Made by a program: the position numbers and the translations under genes. A stretch of 63,799 nucleotides of DNA, filler included, from Octopus bimaculoides (Eukaryota): assembly GCF_001194135.2 (NCBI RefSeq). It is 7 parts of 6 records of this genome, joined end to end, with 100 filler letters (N's around TTAATTAATTAA, not from the genome) between each part and the next. Parts side by side here need not be neighbours in the genome. Positions count along the whole stretch, not along the records: positions 1 to 22,426 come from NC_068984.1; 6 more parts are not named here. One strand, written 5' to 3'. Below are positions 1 to 14,043 of the stretch, one piece after another (the first letter of the stretch is position 1; the number at the start of each line of letters is the position of its first letter). Below the pieces are notes generated by a model. The model saw nothing but the letters and a program-made list of their open reading frames with translations. It was not told the DNA's origin and ran no database searches.

Positions 1-345
1 ATATATATATATATATATATATATATACAAGCATAAATATATACACACATACATATAAACAGACAGACACCTCCCGCACACATACATACATATATATATA
101 ACTGAGGATGCGCATCTGACTATATGTATGCATATATGTATGCATCATTAAAAGTCGAGAACTACCCAACCAATTTCATTCAAATTTAACACATGCCGTA
201 CGTAGGGTTCATGCAGTTTCATGGGCCAAAAATTTTCAAATTCGTGTCTAATGCGAGCTCTGAGCAATCTCTTATTTCAGTATTACGTATCAAATATGAA
301 AGAATAACATCTGTATTGCAATGTGGGAAAATAATTTCAGTTTTA

Positions 346-452
<107 letters not shown>

Positions 453-568
453 TGCATATAGTTTCTAACGTGCCTCTGCGGTAAGACGTTTGTTTGCAAA
501 TCACATGGTGCCGGGTTCAGACCTTCCGCGTAACACCTTAGAGAAGTGTCTTCTATATCCTATATAAA

Positions 569-626
<58 letters not shown>

Positions 627-1910
627 TATATCCCAGCAACCTAATGGTTCCGTAACAGACACCAATAGAATGAGTACTGGACATAGTCCTAACATTTTTT
701 AAAGCATTGCTCCTGTATGGCCACACTCACACACACATATTTATAATTATATAATTATATATATCCTCAGTATGGATGGATGATGGATGTATATGTGAAT
801 ACGCGTGTATTAAGCAAACGGACACCCATCAGTTTCGACGATGTTTATTTCTTCAATTTCTTGTTATTGAAATAGCGCGTATGCCAATGAAATATTCGCC
901 ATACATGTGAACTATTAAATTAATCCCCATTCAGGAAACAGCATGGCACTGTCTGATAATGTTGAGTATTTTCAGTTCAACATTGTTCCACTGTATGATG
1001 ATGGGGACCAATTTGATAGAGTGAAATGTAAATGGGTTTCCAGGTATCTAGTTTCACACTCTAACAAGGCATACTTCAACGTTACACGACGACACATCTA
1101 ACTAAGGTGCAGTTTTCTTTCAAGCTCCCTTCATACGTATTCAATCCGGTTCGCTTTTTGTTTAGCGATCGCTTTCATTCGATATATTCGACATATTCCG
1201 TCTGCGTGATGTATTATGTATTTTTCAATTTGAAATATTCTAGCGTAGTTGGTTGTGTAATCATCTTCGCTCGATATTTCATTAAATCTTTATTCCGTAT
1301 TTATCTCTATTGACCCGTTATCGACTACTTGATGTCGCTAAATGTCCTTATTTCGTCATCGATTTCCTTTCCAGATTTACAATCTGATGCTACTAAATTG
1401 TTCACGCATGGCTGCGTAGTTAAGACGTTCATTTTCCAACAATGCTGTTTCAGTTTCAGTCTCACTGTGTGGCATTTAGACAAGTATCTTCTGCCATAGT
1501 TCCGTGCCAACCAATGCTTCTGGCTGAATTTAGCAGACGGAAACTGAGTAGAATCCCGTTGACTATATATATAATAAACATAATCAGAAAAGAAATAGGG
1601 CATTCAATGTTTTACAGGACGTGAACACGTTTCTTCAAAATTTTGAAATAACTACATAAGAGTCGCAAGTACGAGGCACGATGAAATGAAGTGTATGAAT
1701 GCGAAAATTATTATAAGTGTTATGTAATCAATTCAAAATTGTGCGGAAACGTGTGTACATCCTCTAAAGCATTGAAGGCTACACCTGTTTTCTACTTAGT
1801 TTTATTATTTCTATTATTTGGCTCATTTTTTCACACTACTGAGCCCGACTTCCAGTTCCGAGTTATTTTACAGAGCTCATTGGATATATATATATATATA
1901 TATATACAAA

Positions 1911-1965
<55 letters not shown>

Positions 1966-1986
1966 ATGTATGTATGTGTATATATG

Positions 1987-2168
1987 TATTGGGTTGTCCA
2001 GAAAGTTCGTGCTGATTTTTAAAGGAAAGAAAACGGTCAATAAATACTTGCCATTACATTTTTAATCAACCAAATATGAACCATTTTGTTGCACAATGCG
2101 TCTCCATCTTTCCTTTAACTTGAAAATACCCTCTTCCCAGAATTGAGGTGGTTTCATGGCAAATAAGT
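1987..2168 (-). mobile_element. mariner right end: transposase C-terminus + TIR
   Basis: Minus strand LFAMKPPQFWEEGIFKLKERWRRIVQQNGSYLVD*. TIR TA-TTGGGTTGTCCAGAAAGTTCGTGC at 1987-2012. The rest falls in an N gap. Confidence 0.85.
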
Positions 2169-3751
2169 NNNNNNNNNNNNNNNNNNNNNNNNNNNNNNNN
2201 NNNNNNNNNNNNNNNNNNNNNNNNNNNNNNNNNNNNNNNNNNNNNNNNNNNNNNNNNNNNNNNNNNNNNNNNNNNNNNNNNNNNNNNNNNNNNNNNNNNN
2301 NNNNNNNNNNNNNNNNNNNNNNNNNNNNNNNNNNNNNNNNNNNNNNNNNNNNNNNNNNNNNNNNNNNNNNNNNNNNNNNNNNNNNNNNNNNNNNNNNNNN
2401 NNNNNNNNNNNNNNNNNNNNNNNNNNNNNNNNNNNNNNNNNNNNNNNNNNNNNNNNNNNNNNNNNNNNNNNNNNNNNNNNNNNNNNNNNNNNNNNNNNNN
2501 NNNNNNNNNNNNNNNNNNNNNTATATATATATTTATATATATATATATATACATATATATTATACATAGAGAGAGATAGATAGATACGTACATATATACA
2601 TGCATACATATATATATACACATATATGTGTAGTGTGTGTGTATATATGTATGCCTGTATGAATGTATGCATGTATGTATGTGTATATCATATGGAGGCG
2701 TGCGTGTACATCTTTGTGTCTGTGTTTTATATGTTATCTCATCATCGCTCGACGACCCGTTTAGGATTATTTACGTCTCCTTATCTAAGCGATTAGGCAC
2801 GAGAAGACATTTATAGTAATTTCCAGTCTTAAAACTAAATATCTATATTGACCAACAGAAAATATGCGTTGAATATTACCCTATCGGAATGGAAATAAAG
2901 ATTATCAGATTATACCTTAGATCATTGTACACAGATCTGGCGCAAGGGTAGGGGGACTCTAAACGGTCTCTTGACAGGTTTTAAATTGCATCTCGTTTAA
3001 TTCACATCATATCATCCAAAAATGAAAAAAATTAAATAGGCAGAAAACGAGCAAATCTGTTGCCGTTTTATCATAACTATCAAAAGATAAAAACGGCTGA
3101 AATAATTCTAATCATAGGGCTACTCTATTACAGTTCATTTGCAGTTGAAGAACATCAACCACATCAATTCTGTAACAGCCCCTGAAAATATTCATTTGCC
3201 ACGCAAATCTTTTTATTATCGTATTTCATTTCTGAAAGTATTTTAATACCACTGGAATAAATGCATAATTTATTTCAAAAAACAATAAACAATTACCAAC
3301 TTTGGATCCGACTCTCTCGGATCATTTCAAAAAAATATATATTAGCCACCAATAAGCGTGTGTGTGTGCGCCCGAGATTATATATATATATATATATATA
3401 TATATNNNNNNNNNNNNNNNNNNNNNNNNNNNNNNNNNNNNNNNNNNNNNNNNNNNNNNNNNNNNNNNNNNNNNNNNNNNNNNNNNNNNNNNNNNNNNNN
3501 NNNNNNNNNNNNNNNNNNNNNNNNNNNNNNNNNNNNNNNNNNNNNNNNNNNNNNNNNNNNNNNNNNNNNNNNNNNNNNNNNNNNNNNNNNNNNNNNNNNN
3601 NNNNNNNNNNNNNNNNNNNNNNNNNNNNNNNNNNNNNNNNNNNNNNNNNNNNNNNNNNNNNNNNNNNNNNNNNNNNNNNNNNNNNNNNNNNNNNNNNNAT
3701 AGCGGTATGAGTGAGGAGTCTAATGTGGGTCTTGTATTAGCATGCATATAT

Positions 3752-4345
3752 ATTAGACAAAATTGAGATAACAAAGCCAAGGCTGTGAGGAGTTTTCAGG
3801 ACATTTATAAAGAAAGATATATAGATATAGTCTTACATCTTTTTCCTGGATATTACGGATATCCCTTCATCAGAGACGATATGAGTTGGTTAAATAGAGG
3901 TAAATATTTGAGTTCGAAATAAGGAATTATTACGGAAAAAGAGGAGACAGGGAACACAGAGGGAAATAAGAGAATGGAAGTAGAAATAAAATATAAAATA
4001 TTGTAGTTGCAGTTACATTATTCGAGTAAATTGGTGTATACAAGTGGTAAAAATATTCCAGTACATGGTATGTAAGTCCCAATAGTAGTTCATGTTTAGG
4101 CATTTCAAAGTATGGAGCTGTGGATTCTGTGTTGCTCGTTCGAAGAGGTTTTGTGATGTGAATGAAAATTTGAAAATGTATTGGTAGTATTTGTAGATAG
4201 ACGGTAAGGAGAAATACGTATGATTAGAATGAGGATATCCGTAATATCCCAGAAACAGTTATAAGACTATATCTGTATCTCTTTCCATATAAATGTCCTC
4301 AAAATTCCTCACAGCCTTGGCTTTGTTATATCATTTTGTCTAGTA
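3752..4345. mobile_element. Penelope-like pseudo-LTR remnant: ~115-bp inverted repeats around a ~370-bp spacer
   Basis: 3752-3864 is the reverse complement of 4234-4345 with scattered mismatches; the repeats carry the hammerhead motif. Confidence 0.55.
3829..3877 (-). ncRNA. Degenerate minimal hammerhead ribozyme motif
   Basis: Minus strand GTCT-CTGATGA-AG-GGATAT(ccgta)ATATCC-AG-GAAA-AAGATG-TA^AGAC. Stem I GTCT/AGAC and stem II are intact; helix III is mutated. The partner copy at 4234-4268 reads GAAA-CAGTTA-TA-AGAC, suggesting an ancestral palindrome CAGCTG. Confidence 0.55.
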
Positions 4346-4370
4346 TATGTGTGCGTGTGTGTGAATGTGT

Positions 4371-4438
<68 letters not shown>

Positions 4439-4465
4439 AGTGTGTGTGTGAGGGTGTATGCGAAG

Positions 4466-4810
4466 GTGCATGACTCAGTGGTGAGAGTGTCGGGTTCAAT
4501 CATGAGGTAGTGAGTTCCATTCCTGGACCGGGCTGTGTGTTGTGTTCTCGAGCAAGACACTTTATTTCACGTTGCCGCAGTTCACTCAGTTGTTGAGATG
4601 AGTTGCGATATCACTTATGTGAAACTGTATCGGCCCTTGCCTTTCCTTTGATAACATCAGTGGCATGGACAGTGGGGTCCAGCATGCATAGGTCACTAGT
4701 GGTCATCCATAAACAACCTTGCCTCCGAATTTGTGCCTCGGATGAGGAACTTTCTAGGTGCAACCCCATGGTCATTCTTGACCGAAGGAAGTCTTTTCCC
4801 TTCACCCTTT
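4466..4810 (+). mobile_element. tRNA-derived SINE family E (CORE-like)
   Basis: tgactcagtgg A-box, gagttccattcc B-box, ctcgagcaagacactttatttcacg central block shared with family D. Confidence 0.65.
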
Positions 4811-5208
4811 ATAGGTGTGTGTTTGTATGTGTGTGTGTGTGTGTGCACCTGTGCGTGCGTACATATAAACGTATGTGTGCGCATGTATATGAACGTGTGT
4901 GTCTGTTCCTGTTGTTTAAGTATGTATTAGTGTGTGTCGATAAGCAGGATCAAATATCTACGAAGAAATATTTCGTGCAACTAATTTTGTATTAATTATT
5001 TAGTTACAGTCTGACTTACAAGACATCTACACGAACTAAACAACGAATATTTAGGATATAAACGTGCATTAAGCATATTTATGTTTGTACAGTTATGCAT
5101 AAATAATGATGTTGCGTGTGTATGCTTGGGGAAGGAGAGAGAGATAGGCAGAGACAGAGAGATAGACAGATAGAGACAGACAGAGAGAGACAGAGTGTGT
5201 GTGTGTGT

Positions 5209-5319
<111 letters not shown>

Positions 5320-7054
5320 TGTGCGTGTGTCTTTGTGTGGGTGAGCACATATACATATGTAATATTTTCACACATCACATCCGCTCTCATCTTCCTTGGT
5401 ATGTCTTTGCAAATTCTTAGTTCCATTCATTATCGAATTTATTTCGTATTTATCCTTTTCCAGTTTCTTTCTCTGACTTCCCCTCGTTCAGTCCTTTTCC
5501 TATATACTTCCCCTCCATTTTTTTTGCTCTTATATTTTTCCTTCTGCATTTTTTGATCCTATTTTTATTTTGTCCGATCTCTATTTCTCTTTCGCTTGTT
5601 CCTCTTCTCATTTGTTAGAAATATTCCAACCTGTTGTTAGTAGTTTTTGCTTTTATAATCTGTCTTTCCTTCTATCTATCTCTCTCTCTCTCTCTCTCTN
5701 NNNNNNNNNTATATATATATATATCCTATACACAAATCATTCACTTCATCCCTTTGACACTATTTCCAAACATGTATTTTCATCTTCTCTTTTATGCTTC
5801 TCTCCTCTTTTTAAATCATCCTTTTCTAGTTTCCTATAGTATTACGTATGTCAATTATCCTTCTTTGAAACTATCACAATCGTAATCGTAGTTACGATAT
5901 CGTTTAACTTCTTTGTCGCTCTATTTTTTCATCTCTCTTTTCTCGTTTATGCCCACCTACATCCTTTACCAATGGTCGGCGAGCTAGCAGAATCTTTAGC
6001 ACGTCGAACTAAACGCTTAGTTTCATTTCTTCCGGCTCTTCACGTTCTCAGTTTAAATCTCACCGATGTCAACTTTGCTTTCATCCGAGATCTATAAGAT
6101 AAAACATGTAATTGATGTAGTCGTCTCACTCTTTCCCCCCAGAATCGCTGACCTTGACCCATGGGACGGACCAGGAATGGTATGATCTCCGACGATTATG
6201 TGCCAAGGAAACGATGTAGGTAAATACTTTGGCATGGAATGCAGCCGATAATAACGATCAGAATATTTAGAGGTAAATATTTTATCAAATCTAGAAGGAT
6301 GAAAAACAAAGATGACATCAACAGAATTTGATCACATAATGGGAAGGGCCTTGACTAAGTATTGGAAGGTATTTCTGTTATTTTATGGATCTTCCTATCG
6401 GTTCGACCGAGGAAAGAGGATCTGGGTAAAGATTCCTCTCAGTTACCACAGGTCATTTGAAAAAAAAAAAATTTCTCAAAATGCGAACAAACACCTGAAG
6501 CTGAATTGAAACCTCACCTATGATTTCTGAGAAGTTAGCTTTAAAAAGTTATCAAAATATTCTTTCCTTTCTATAGAAAGGATTTGTCTCGGCAGACAAA
6601 CAGTGTAACATCTGGAAAGTGCTCCAAAGCGTTTAATCTATTTAGCGAATCTGAGGATACACTAAACGTATAAACATGCCTATGAGAAACATTCTGATAC
6701 CTAATCAATCTAAGTTCATGCAATTGTCTCTCACTGCAACCCATATATTCCAGCGTTCAAATTGGAATCTCTGCATACTTCTAAGACAAGAACCATGTTG
6801 ACTTAATTAACCAGAAAAATGAATGAGATGATGAAACATGCATGTTCTTTTATCTTCATTTGCTAGAAGGTGTACTGCCAGGGTTTAAACTAATTTTCAG
6901 CTTACAACACTTCTGTGATCTCACTCAGTTCTGTTCCACAATAAGAGAGCTTCTTACAATAACAGTGCTGCTTAACTAAGAAGAATTTAATCTAATGTAA
7001 TTTGAATTGATCTCCCTCCTTCTCTCCTAAGATACAGTATTTATATACCTATCA

Positions 7055-7108
<54 letters not shown>

Positions 7109-8300
7109 NNNNNNNNNNNNNNNNNNNNNNNNNNNNNNNNNNNNNNNNNNNNNNNNNNNNNNNNNNNNNNNNNNNNNNNNNNNNNNNNNNNNNNNNNNNN
7201 NNNNNNNNNNNNNNNNNNNNNNNNNNNNNNNNNNNNNNNNNNNNNNNNNNNNNCTCTGCATGCACGCACACATACACACGCATAAACACAGTGCTGCACA
7301 TATGCACTTGATTTCTCCAATTGTGTTTATGCATGTGTGTGTTGTTTGTGTACCTATTCATCAGTTTCATTACTGTACGTGCATCTATGCACACAAATAA
7401 ACTATATATACATACATACATAAATACATATATGTGTGTGTGTGTGTGTGTATGTGTGTGTGTGTGTGTGTGTGTGTAAGTGTTTGTGTGTGTGTGTGTG
7501 TAAATATACAAATTCACACAAACACCCACTTATAATCGAATAAAAACGCAATAAGTGAAGTGGTGTGATATAATTACTTTCCTTAAAGGTAGCTTTGACT
7601 TCGGAGATTTCCAAATCTAGCTTTCTAGATTATGTCTTAGATGAATGAATATTTATCATATATATATATATATATATATATATAGATATATATATATAGA
7701 CACATGTTAGAGAATCAATTTATTAGAAGCAGCAGTACTATCGAAAAATAGTAATTCAATACATACCAAAATAACTGAAATAAAGCCGTATTCAATACAT
7801 GTTTAAATTTTGCGTTGGAGGTGGATCAGTAAATAACAGGCATGTGTTTGAAATTTGGTGAAAACATTTGTTCGTATGGAGGGAAGATTAATAAATATAG
7901 TATTGTATTGATGAATTCTTTGGTCTGCGTATCTTTGCATATAATGCTTCTAAATAGGAAATACACCATAGTATCTCATAACGGATAATAGTGATAGAGC
8001 TAAGCACAGCAATGTTTCGGTCTTGAACGCTAAGCTTAAGGATAAATTTAATTAAAAAGCCTTACAGTTCACTCTAAATGTTAGTGGAATATCACTGACG
8101 CAAATGGAGTTGTTTAAGAATCTGGATGACGTATTCATGAATGATAAGAAGCAGGAGGGTAAATTGGTTGCACGAATGTGGGCACAGTAATGCGGCACGT
8201 ATGTGTGTATGTATGTATATGAGACTAGAACATATATCACCACCTCACGGGCAATAAACTCCCGAAGGACAACAGATGATTGCTTAAAAACTTCTTAATA

Positions 8301-8623
8301 GGAGTGGATGTGTGGTAAGTAGCTAGCTTACAAACCACATGGTCCCGGGGTCAGTCCCACTGCGTGGCACCTTGGGCAAGTGTCTTCTACTATAGCCTCG
8401 GGCCAACCGAAGCCTCGTGAGTGGATTTGGTAGACGGAAACTGAAAGAAGCCTGTCGTATATATGCATATACATATATATATATGTATGTGTATGTATAT
8501 GTTTGTGTGTCTGTGTTTGTCCCCCAACATCGCTTGACACCCAATGCTGGTGTGTTTTCGTCCCCGTAACTTAGCGGTTCGGCAAAAGAGACCGATGGAA
8601 TAAGAACTAGGCTTCCAAAGAAG
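8301..8623 (+). mobile_element. tRNA-derived SINE family A, near full length
   Basis: ggagtgg.tgtgtggtaagtagc head, gcaccttgggcaagtgtc CORE-like block, internal (TA/TG)n, 3' ttagcggttcggcaaaagagaccg. Other copies at ~455-720, 1405-1570, 22527-22563, 23080-23290, 34000-34165, 41975-42090 and 57075-57240. Confidence 0.85.
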
Positions 8624-10544
8624 AAAATCATCATCTGCCGTTCAGTNNNNNNNNNNNNNNNNNNNNNNNNNNNNNNNNNNNNNNNNNNNNNNNNNNNNNN
8701 NNNNNNNNNNNNNNNNNNNNNNNNNNNNNNNNNNNNNNNNNNNNNNNNNNNNNNNNNNNNNNNNNNNNNNNNNNNNNNNNNNNNNNNNNNNNNNNNNNNN
8801 NNNNNNNNNNNNNNNNNNNNNNNNNNNNNNNNNNNNNNNNNNNNNNNNNNNNNNNNNNNNNNNNNNNNNNNNNNNNNNNNNNNNNNNNNNNNNNNNNNNN
8901 NNNNNNNNNNNNNNNNNNNNNNNNNNNNNNNNNNNNNNNNNNNNNNNNNNNNNNNNNNNNNNNNNNNNNNNNNNNNNNNNNNNNNNNNNNNNNNNNNNNN
9001 GCTCAAAATTTTATCATATAATGAATAAAGTCTTATTTCAGCCAATTCCGTTGGATATTGAATTACATATTATCGATAATAGTGCTATGTTTATTAAAAC
9101 TACTTGATCCTCAAACACATGTATACATTACCCATCCTCCTAAGACAAGTTGGTAAAACTGCGCGCTAAACATCATAATGTAAAAAAAAAATCGACGAAT
9201 AATATTCTTACGTCAGTACTGTTGCTAGCCCTTGAGCAAATTTATCTGATTTTAATCTACCTATTGCTCTCTCTCTCTCTCTCTTCGCTCTAATTCTCTT
9301 CGTCTCTCTTTCTCTCTCTCCATCTATCTATCTATTTATTTATCTTTCTATCTATTTATCTAGCTGTCTCTCTATGTATGTATCTGCCTATATCGTGTTG
9401 TTCTTCAATCTGTAGAACCACATGTAGATGAAACTACTTGTGTCTCTGAAAATACCATTAGATATTACAAGGTTGTATCAAATAGCGAATGTGGGTGCGT
9501 GTATATTACAATTTGATTATGAGACAACTTAATAATACATTCAAATACGAGAAGTTATTATGAAAAGAAAGCACGATGATGCGTAAATTTAAACGAAAAT
9601 AGTTTGCAATAAAAGTTACGTAATGGCATATGAAAGGATTAAAAAGGTAGAGAAAATTATTCAATTCTAGAAAATCTGATTACAGAATTAGCAGTTTTAG
9701 GTTAAGCCGGAGTACAATCAAGCGTAATAGGTTTAAATTATACGAGAAATACAAAGAAACCATAAAATAACCAAGAAGAATTCTTGCATATAATGCTAGA
9801 TTATTTAAATGCAAGGTTGCTCAAAAGCAGTTGTGCGCAATACTTGACTTTCTACAAGAGTTTCACGAAGTTGTGAACGAGAATGAACTAAAAAACTTTA
9901 GGAAAAAGTTCTACTAAGTTCACTTAAAAGAATATAAATAAGTAATGTATGAATACAAAGATATATGATTAAATTAATGTATTAAGTAAAAGAGCACGAA
10001 TTTAATATGAATATAAACAGATATATATCTACGATAACAATTTCGACTGATATTAAAGTTCTGATTTTAAATATTTCTGTTGTATAGTTTCTCGGAAATT
10101 ATGTTACAAAGAAGGTATTTCATATTCACTAAGAAAGATGTACTTATTAATGATAACGTTAATCTTACATATAATAAAACGCAATGTTTGTCTCATCGGA
10201 GATGCTATGGGAAAAAAAAAAGAATAGAATAACAAACGGAGTGAGAGCGGGTGAAGGTCAGGGGCGGTAGAAGTTAATTAAGTCAATTATATCGAAACCT
10301 GTGCGTAACTGGTACTTATTTAATCGATCCCGAGGATAAATGACAAAGTCGACCTCGACAGAGTTTGAACTCAGAATGTAGCGACGGGCGAAATACCGCT
10401 AAGCATTTCACCCGGCGAGCTAACGATTCTACCTAGTCGACTTCATGCCTTACATAATTATAATGGAGTACAGTTACTGAATGATTCTCGTTGAGAGATT
10501 TAGAAATAATATTTATTCTATAATAATACTACAGAAACAAAGTT

Positions 10545-11140
10545 AGGGTATGATCTGGGAAGAGGTAAGTGAAAACTGAACCATTTCCTATTCATGGACC
10601 ACCTGAAGTTATTCAAAAAATCTGAGGCAGAAGTGGACAGCCTAGCCAAGTCTGTGCAAATTTTCTCCAATGGTGTTAAGATGGAGTCTGGACTCCCAAA
10701 ATGTGCTACGATGGAAATTAGAGGAGAAAAGCTTACCAGGACAGAAGGCATTTTGTTGCCAAGTGGTGAAATTATGAAGGAAATTCAACCTCAATCCAGC
10801 TATAAATACCTGGGAATACTTGATGTTGATGGAACCAAGTACCACGGCATGAAGGAAAAGTCATACAGAGGGTTCTTGCGGCGATTGAGAAAAATATTGG
10901 CTTCAAAGTTGAATGTCAGAAACATAATTTCGACAATAAACTCGAGCGCAGTTGCAGTAGTTCGGCACGGCGCTGGAATCCTGAAGTGTACAGAAGAGGA
11001 GCTAAAGGAGATGGACAGGAATTTTAGAAAGCGCCTAATGATGCATGGAGCCCATCATCTATATGCAGACACTGATCACCTATAGATAAAGAGAGCAAAT
11101 GGAAGAAGAGATCTGATCAGTGTGGAAGAGTGTTTGTGAT
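10545..11140 (+). mobile_element. R4/Dong-type (RLE) non-LTR retrotransposon RT fragment
   Basis: NHFLFMDHLKLF (decayed YMDD), GLPKCA, YKYLGI, RRLRKILASKLN.RN.I..IN, ELKEMDRNFRK, then GRRDLISVEE. Contains in-frame stops. Confidence 0.88.
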
Positions 11141-11439
11141 ATCAATGCCAACAACTTATTTGCAAATTTTACCTTTAACGTACTGTTTCCATGGCAACCG
11201 TGCAAAAATATTTGAAGATATTGCATTTTATTTGGTATAAATGTATAAATCAAGTTGATTATGTTTATTTCTTAGTATTTGAACTGTTAGGGATATTTTC
11301 CTGAAGAATAGATCCACTTATTTCGGTTAGTGTCTTATTCGCGAATATACCATGAATGACGATGCCTTTCGTGTGACCTCAGCCAATAGACAAGCGCTGC
11401 ATGAAGAACTGTTCTGCTTTTAGATAAATGATCTGTCAT

Positions 11440-11865
11440 CGCAAAGGTCACACCCTGTTTACATGTAGGAACACTTTCTTAATTTATATTGATAGATGTG
11501 TTAATGCTTTGTAACGATGTACTCTATGTAACAACGAACCACAGAAGCAGACAGAAATTGCCATTTATCTATCAATAACATTACAATCTGCGGTGTCTTC
11601 ATAAATTTCCCTCGCTGTCTACATGTAGGAACATCTTAATTCATATTGATAGCTGTGTTGATGTTACCTTAAGATGTACCCTTTACTTTACTTTAACAGC
11701 GAAGGTGAAATAACCCATTTAAAATCCTTTAATTTTCTTTTTCCGCCTACTCATCCTCTGCACTGTCTTCGTAAAGGTCACACGCTGTTTATGTGTAAGA
11801 ACACTTTCTTAATTTACATTCCTTGTTGTGTAGAAGTTTTGTAAAGATGTACTCTGCAACAAATA
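11440..11865 (+). repeat. Three diverged ~170-bp tandem units
   Basis: aaaggtcacac.ctgtttac/atgtaggaacactttcttaattt...gatgtactc recurs at ~11441, ~11618 and ~11771. Confidence 0.65.
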
Positions 11866-12848
11866 CACTGACTTCACGATTTTGGATTTTCATAACTTAT
11901 TGGAATTTCCTAAAAACAAGATCCAATATCAGACGGTTCGGTATTCTCTGTAAATGCATAACATTCGTTTTAAGGGCTACTTACTTTGTATTGTTACTAT
12001 TGGATTAGCAAAACAATTATGAGAACGGGAACAAGGGATAATCCCCGCTTTTCTGGGAATTCCCGAGTACGTCGGTTGATAACCTATATAGAGAATTTTT
12101 TCTGAACTACAAAATCTCACAGCGAATGCCTTTTACGTTGTAGCGTGCAGAAACTTGTTTAAAATAAACATACAAACCTATATTTTAGATTTTCACTGCT
12201 ACATGTGTTTATATGAAAATATTTTTGTTCGTTTTTAATATATTCACAATTTCCCCGAAGTTCAATTAATTAATTTTTTTTCTGTTTTTTTCTTTCTGCA
12301 ACATTAATATCCTGAAAAGTTTCCCAGTCAGCCGAAGGAATTTCTAGATCTATAAAATGATTTTCTCTAGATGTGTTTTTACCGACACGTGTGACTATTT
12401 CCATATTAGAGCACATATTGTTTATATCCATCTTACATCAATATTAATATTTCAACTGAAAACATTTTTTTTTTTTCCTTTTACCTTAACAATACTACTA
12501 TTTCGCATATTGCAATTTCCTTTTAGTAACAACTGGTATTGTTGTTATTATCTATTGGTGTTTTCACATACATATACTTTATTGATTTGACTACATTATG
12601 TATAAGATTATATTAAATCCTTCGAGATCCTATTTTTACGCGTGTAGGATTTATTAAATTACTTTGTTTGCAGTCGAACCTAACGCTACGAATTTTATTT
12701 TTACCCAAAAGGAATTTCATCTGTTTAGGAACAATACAATATCTTATAAAATTGATTTGCATTCCCTTGGCCCTTTTAGTCGAAATTATAGAAGCAAACC
12801 CATTTCAACAGATACATACATATGTATATTTCTAGGCATGTATCTATG

Positions 12849-12883
<35 letters not shown>

Positions 12884-13772
12884 TTATCTATCTGTCTGTC
12901 TATCTATCTATCTGCCTGTGTGTATGTTTGTCTGATTATCTCCTTGTCTGTCTCTATGTGTACACACACACACACACAGAAGTGTAGAGAAATGAAAGGG
13001 TGTGTCACTCAATACGTTTAGTAGGAGTTACATTTATCATTTAATAACAATTTGATTCGGCTTCATGTACCTTAAGTTCTCGTAGACTTGTCAGAGGAAT
13101 TTCAGACCTACAAATTTTTTACGTTGGGTGGAGACGAAAAATGTTATTCAATAGTCAATCTATCTATCTATCTATCAATATATATATATATATATATATA
13201 NNNNNNNNNNNNNNNNNNNNNNNNNNNNNNNNNNNNNNNNNNNNNNNNNNNNNNNNNNNNNNNNNNNNNNNNNNNNNNNNNNNNNNNNNNNNNNNNNNNN
13301 NNNNNNNNNNNNNNNNNNNNNNNNNNNNNNNNNNNNNNNNNNNNNNNNNNNNNNNNNNNNNNNNNNNNNNNNNNNNNNNNNNNNNNNNNNNNNNNNNNNN
13401 NNNNNNNNNNNNNNNNNNNNNNNNNNNNNNNNNNNNNNNNNNNNNNNNNNNNNNNNNNNNNNNNNNNNNNNNNNNNNNNNNNNNNNNNNNNNNNNNNNNN
13501 NNNNNNNNNNNNNNNNNNNNNNNNNNNNNNNNNNNNNNNNNNNNNNNNNNNNNNNNNNNNNNNNNNNNNNNNNNNNNNNNNNNNNNNNNNNNNNNNNNNN
13601 NNNNNNNNNNNNNNNNNNNNNNNNNNNNNNNNNNNNNNNNNNNNNNNNNNNNNNNNNNNNNNNNNNNNNNNNNNNNNNNNNNNNNNNNNNNNNNNNNNNN
13701 NNNNNNNNNNNNNNNNNNNNNNNNNNNNNNNNNNNNNNNNNNNNNNNNNNNNNNNNNNNNNNNNNNNNNNNT

Positions 13773-14043
13773 AGTTCTCAAGGAGATTCAGCATGACACA
13801 GTGTGACAAGGCTGACCCTTTGAATTACAGGAACAACAGAAACAGGAAGTAAGAGTGAGAGAAAGTTGTGGTGAAAGAGTGCAGCAAGGTTCGCCACCAA
13901 CCCCTGCAGGAATCACGTGCAGCTTCAGGTGTTTTCGCTCAATAAACACTCACAACGCCCGGTCTGGGAATCGATGGGAATCGATACTGTGATCCTACGA
14001 CCGCGAATCCGCTACCCTAACCATTGGGCCATTGCGCCTCCAT
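13773..14043 (-). mobile_element. SINE family C, 5' part
   Basis: Reverse complement of the 27148 copy; small internal duplication gggaatcgat x2. Confidence 0.85.

Noticed and set aside
100-330. Helitron/HINE-like fragment (aactacccaaccaatttcattcaaattt)
   Set aside because: Only a short resemblance; no terminal hairpin or CTRR end found.
6160-6950. Decayed LINE RT
   Set aside because: Composition is suggestive but no diagnostic motif could be read confidently in any frame.
11440-11865. CRISPR-like array
   Set aside because: Units are long, diverged tandem copies without unique spacers, in a eukaryotic context with no cas genes.
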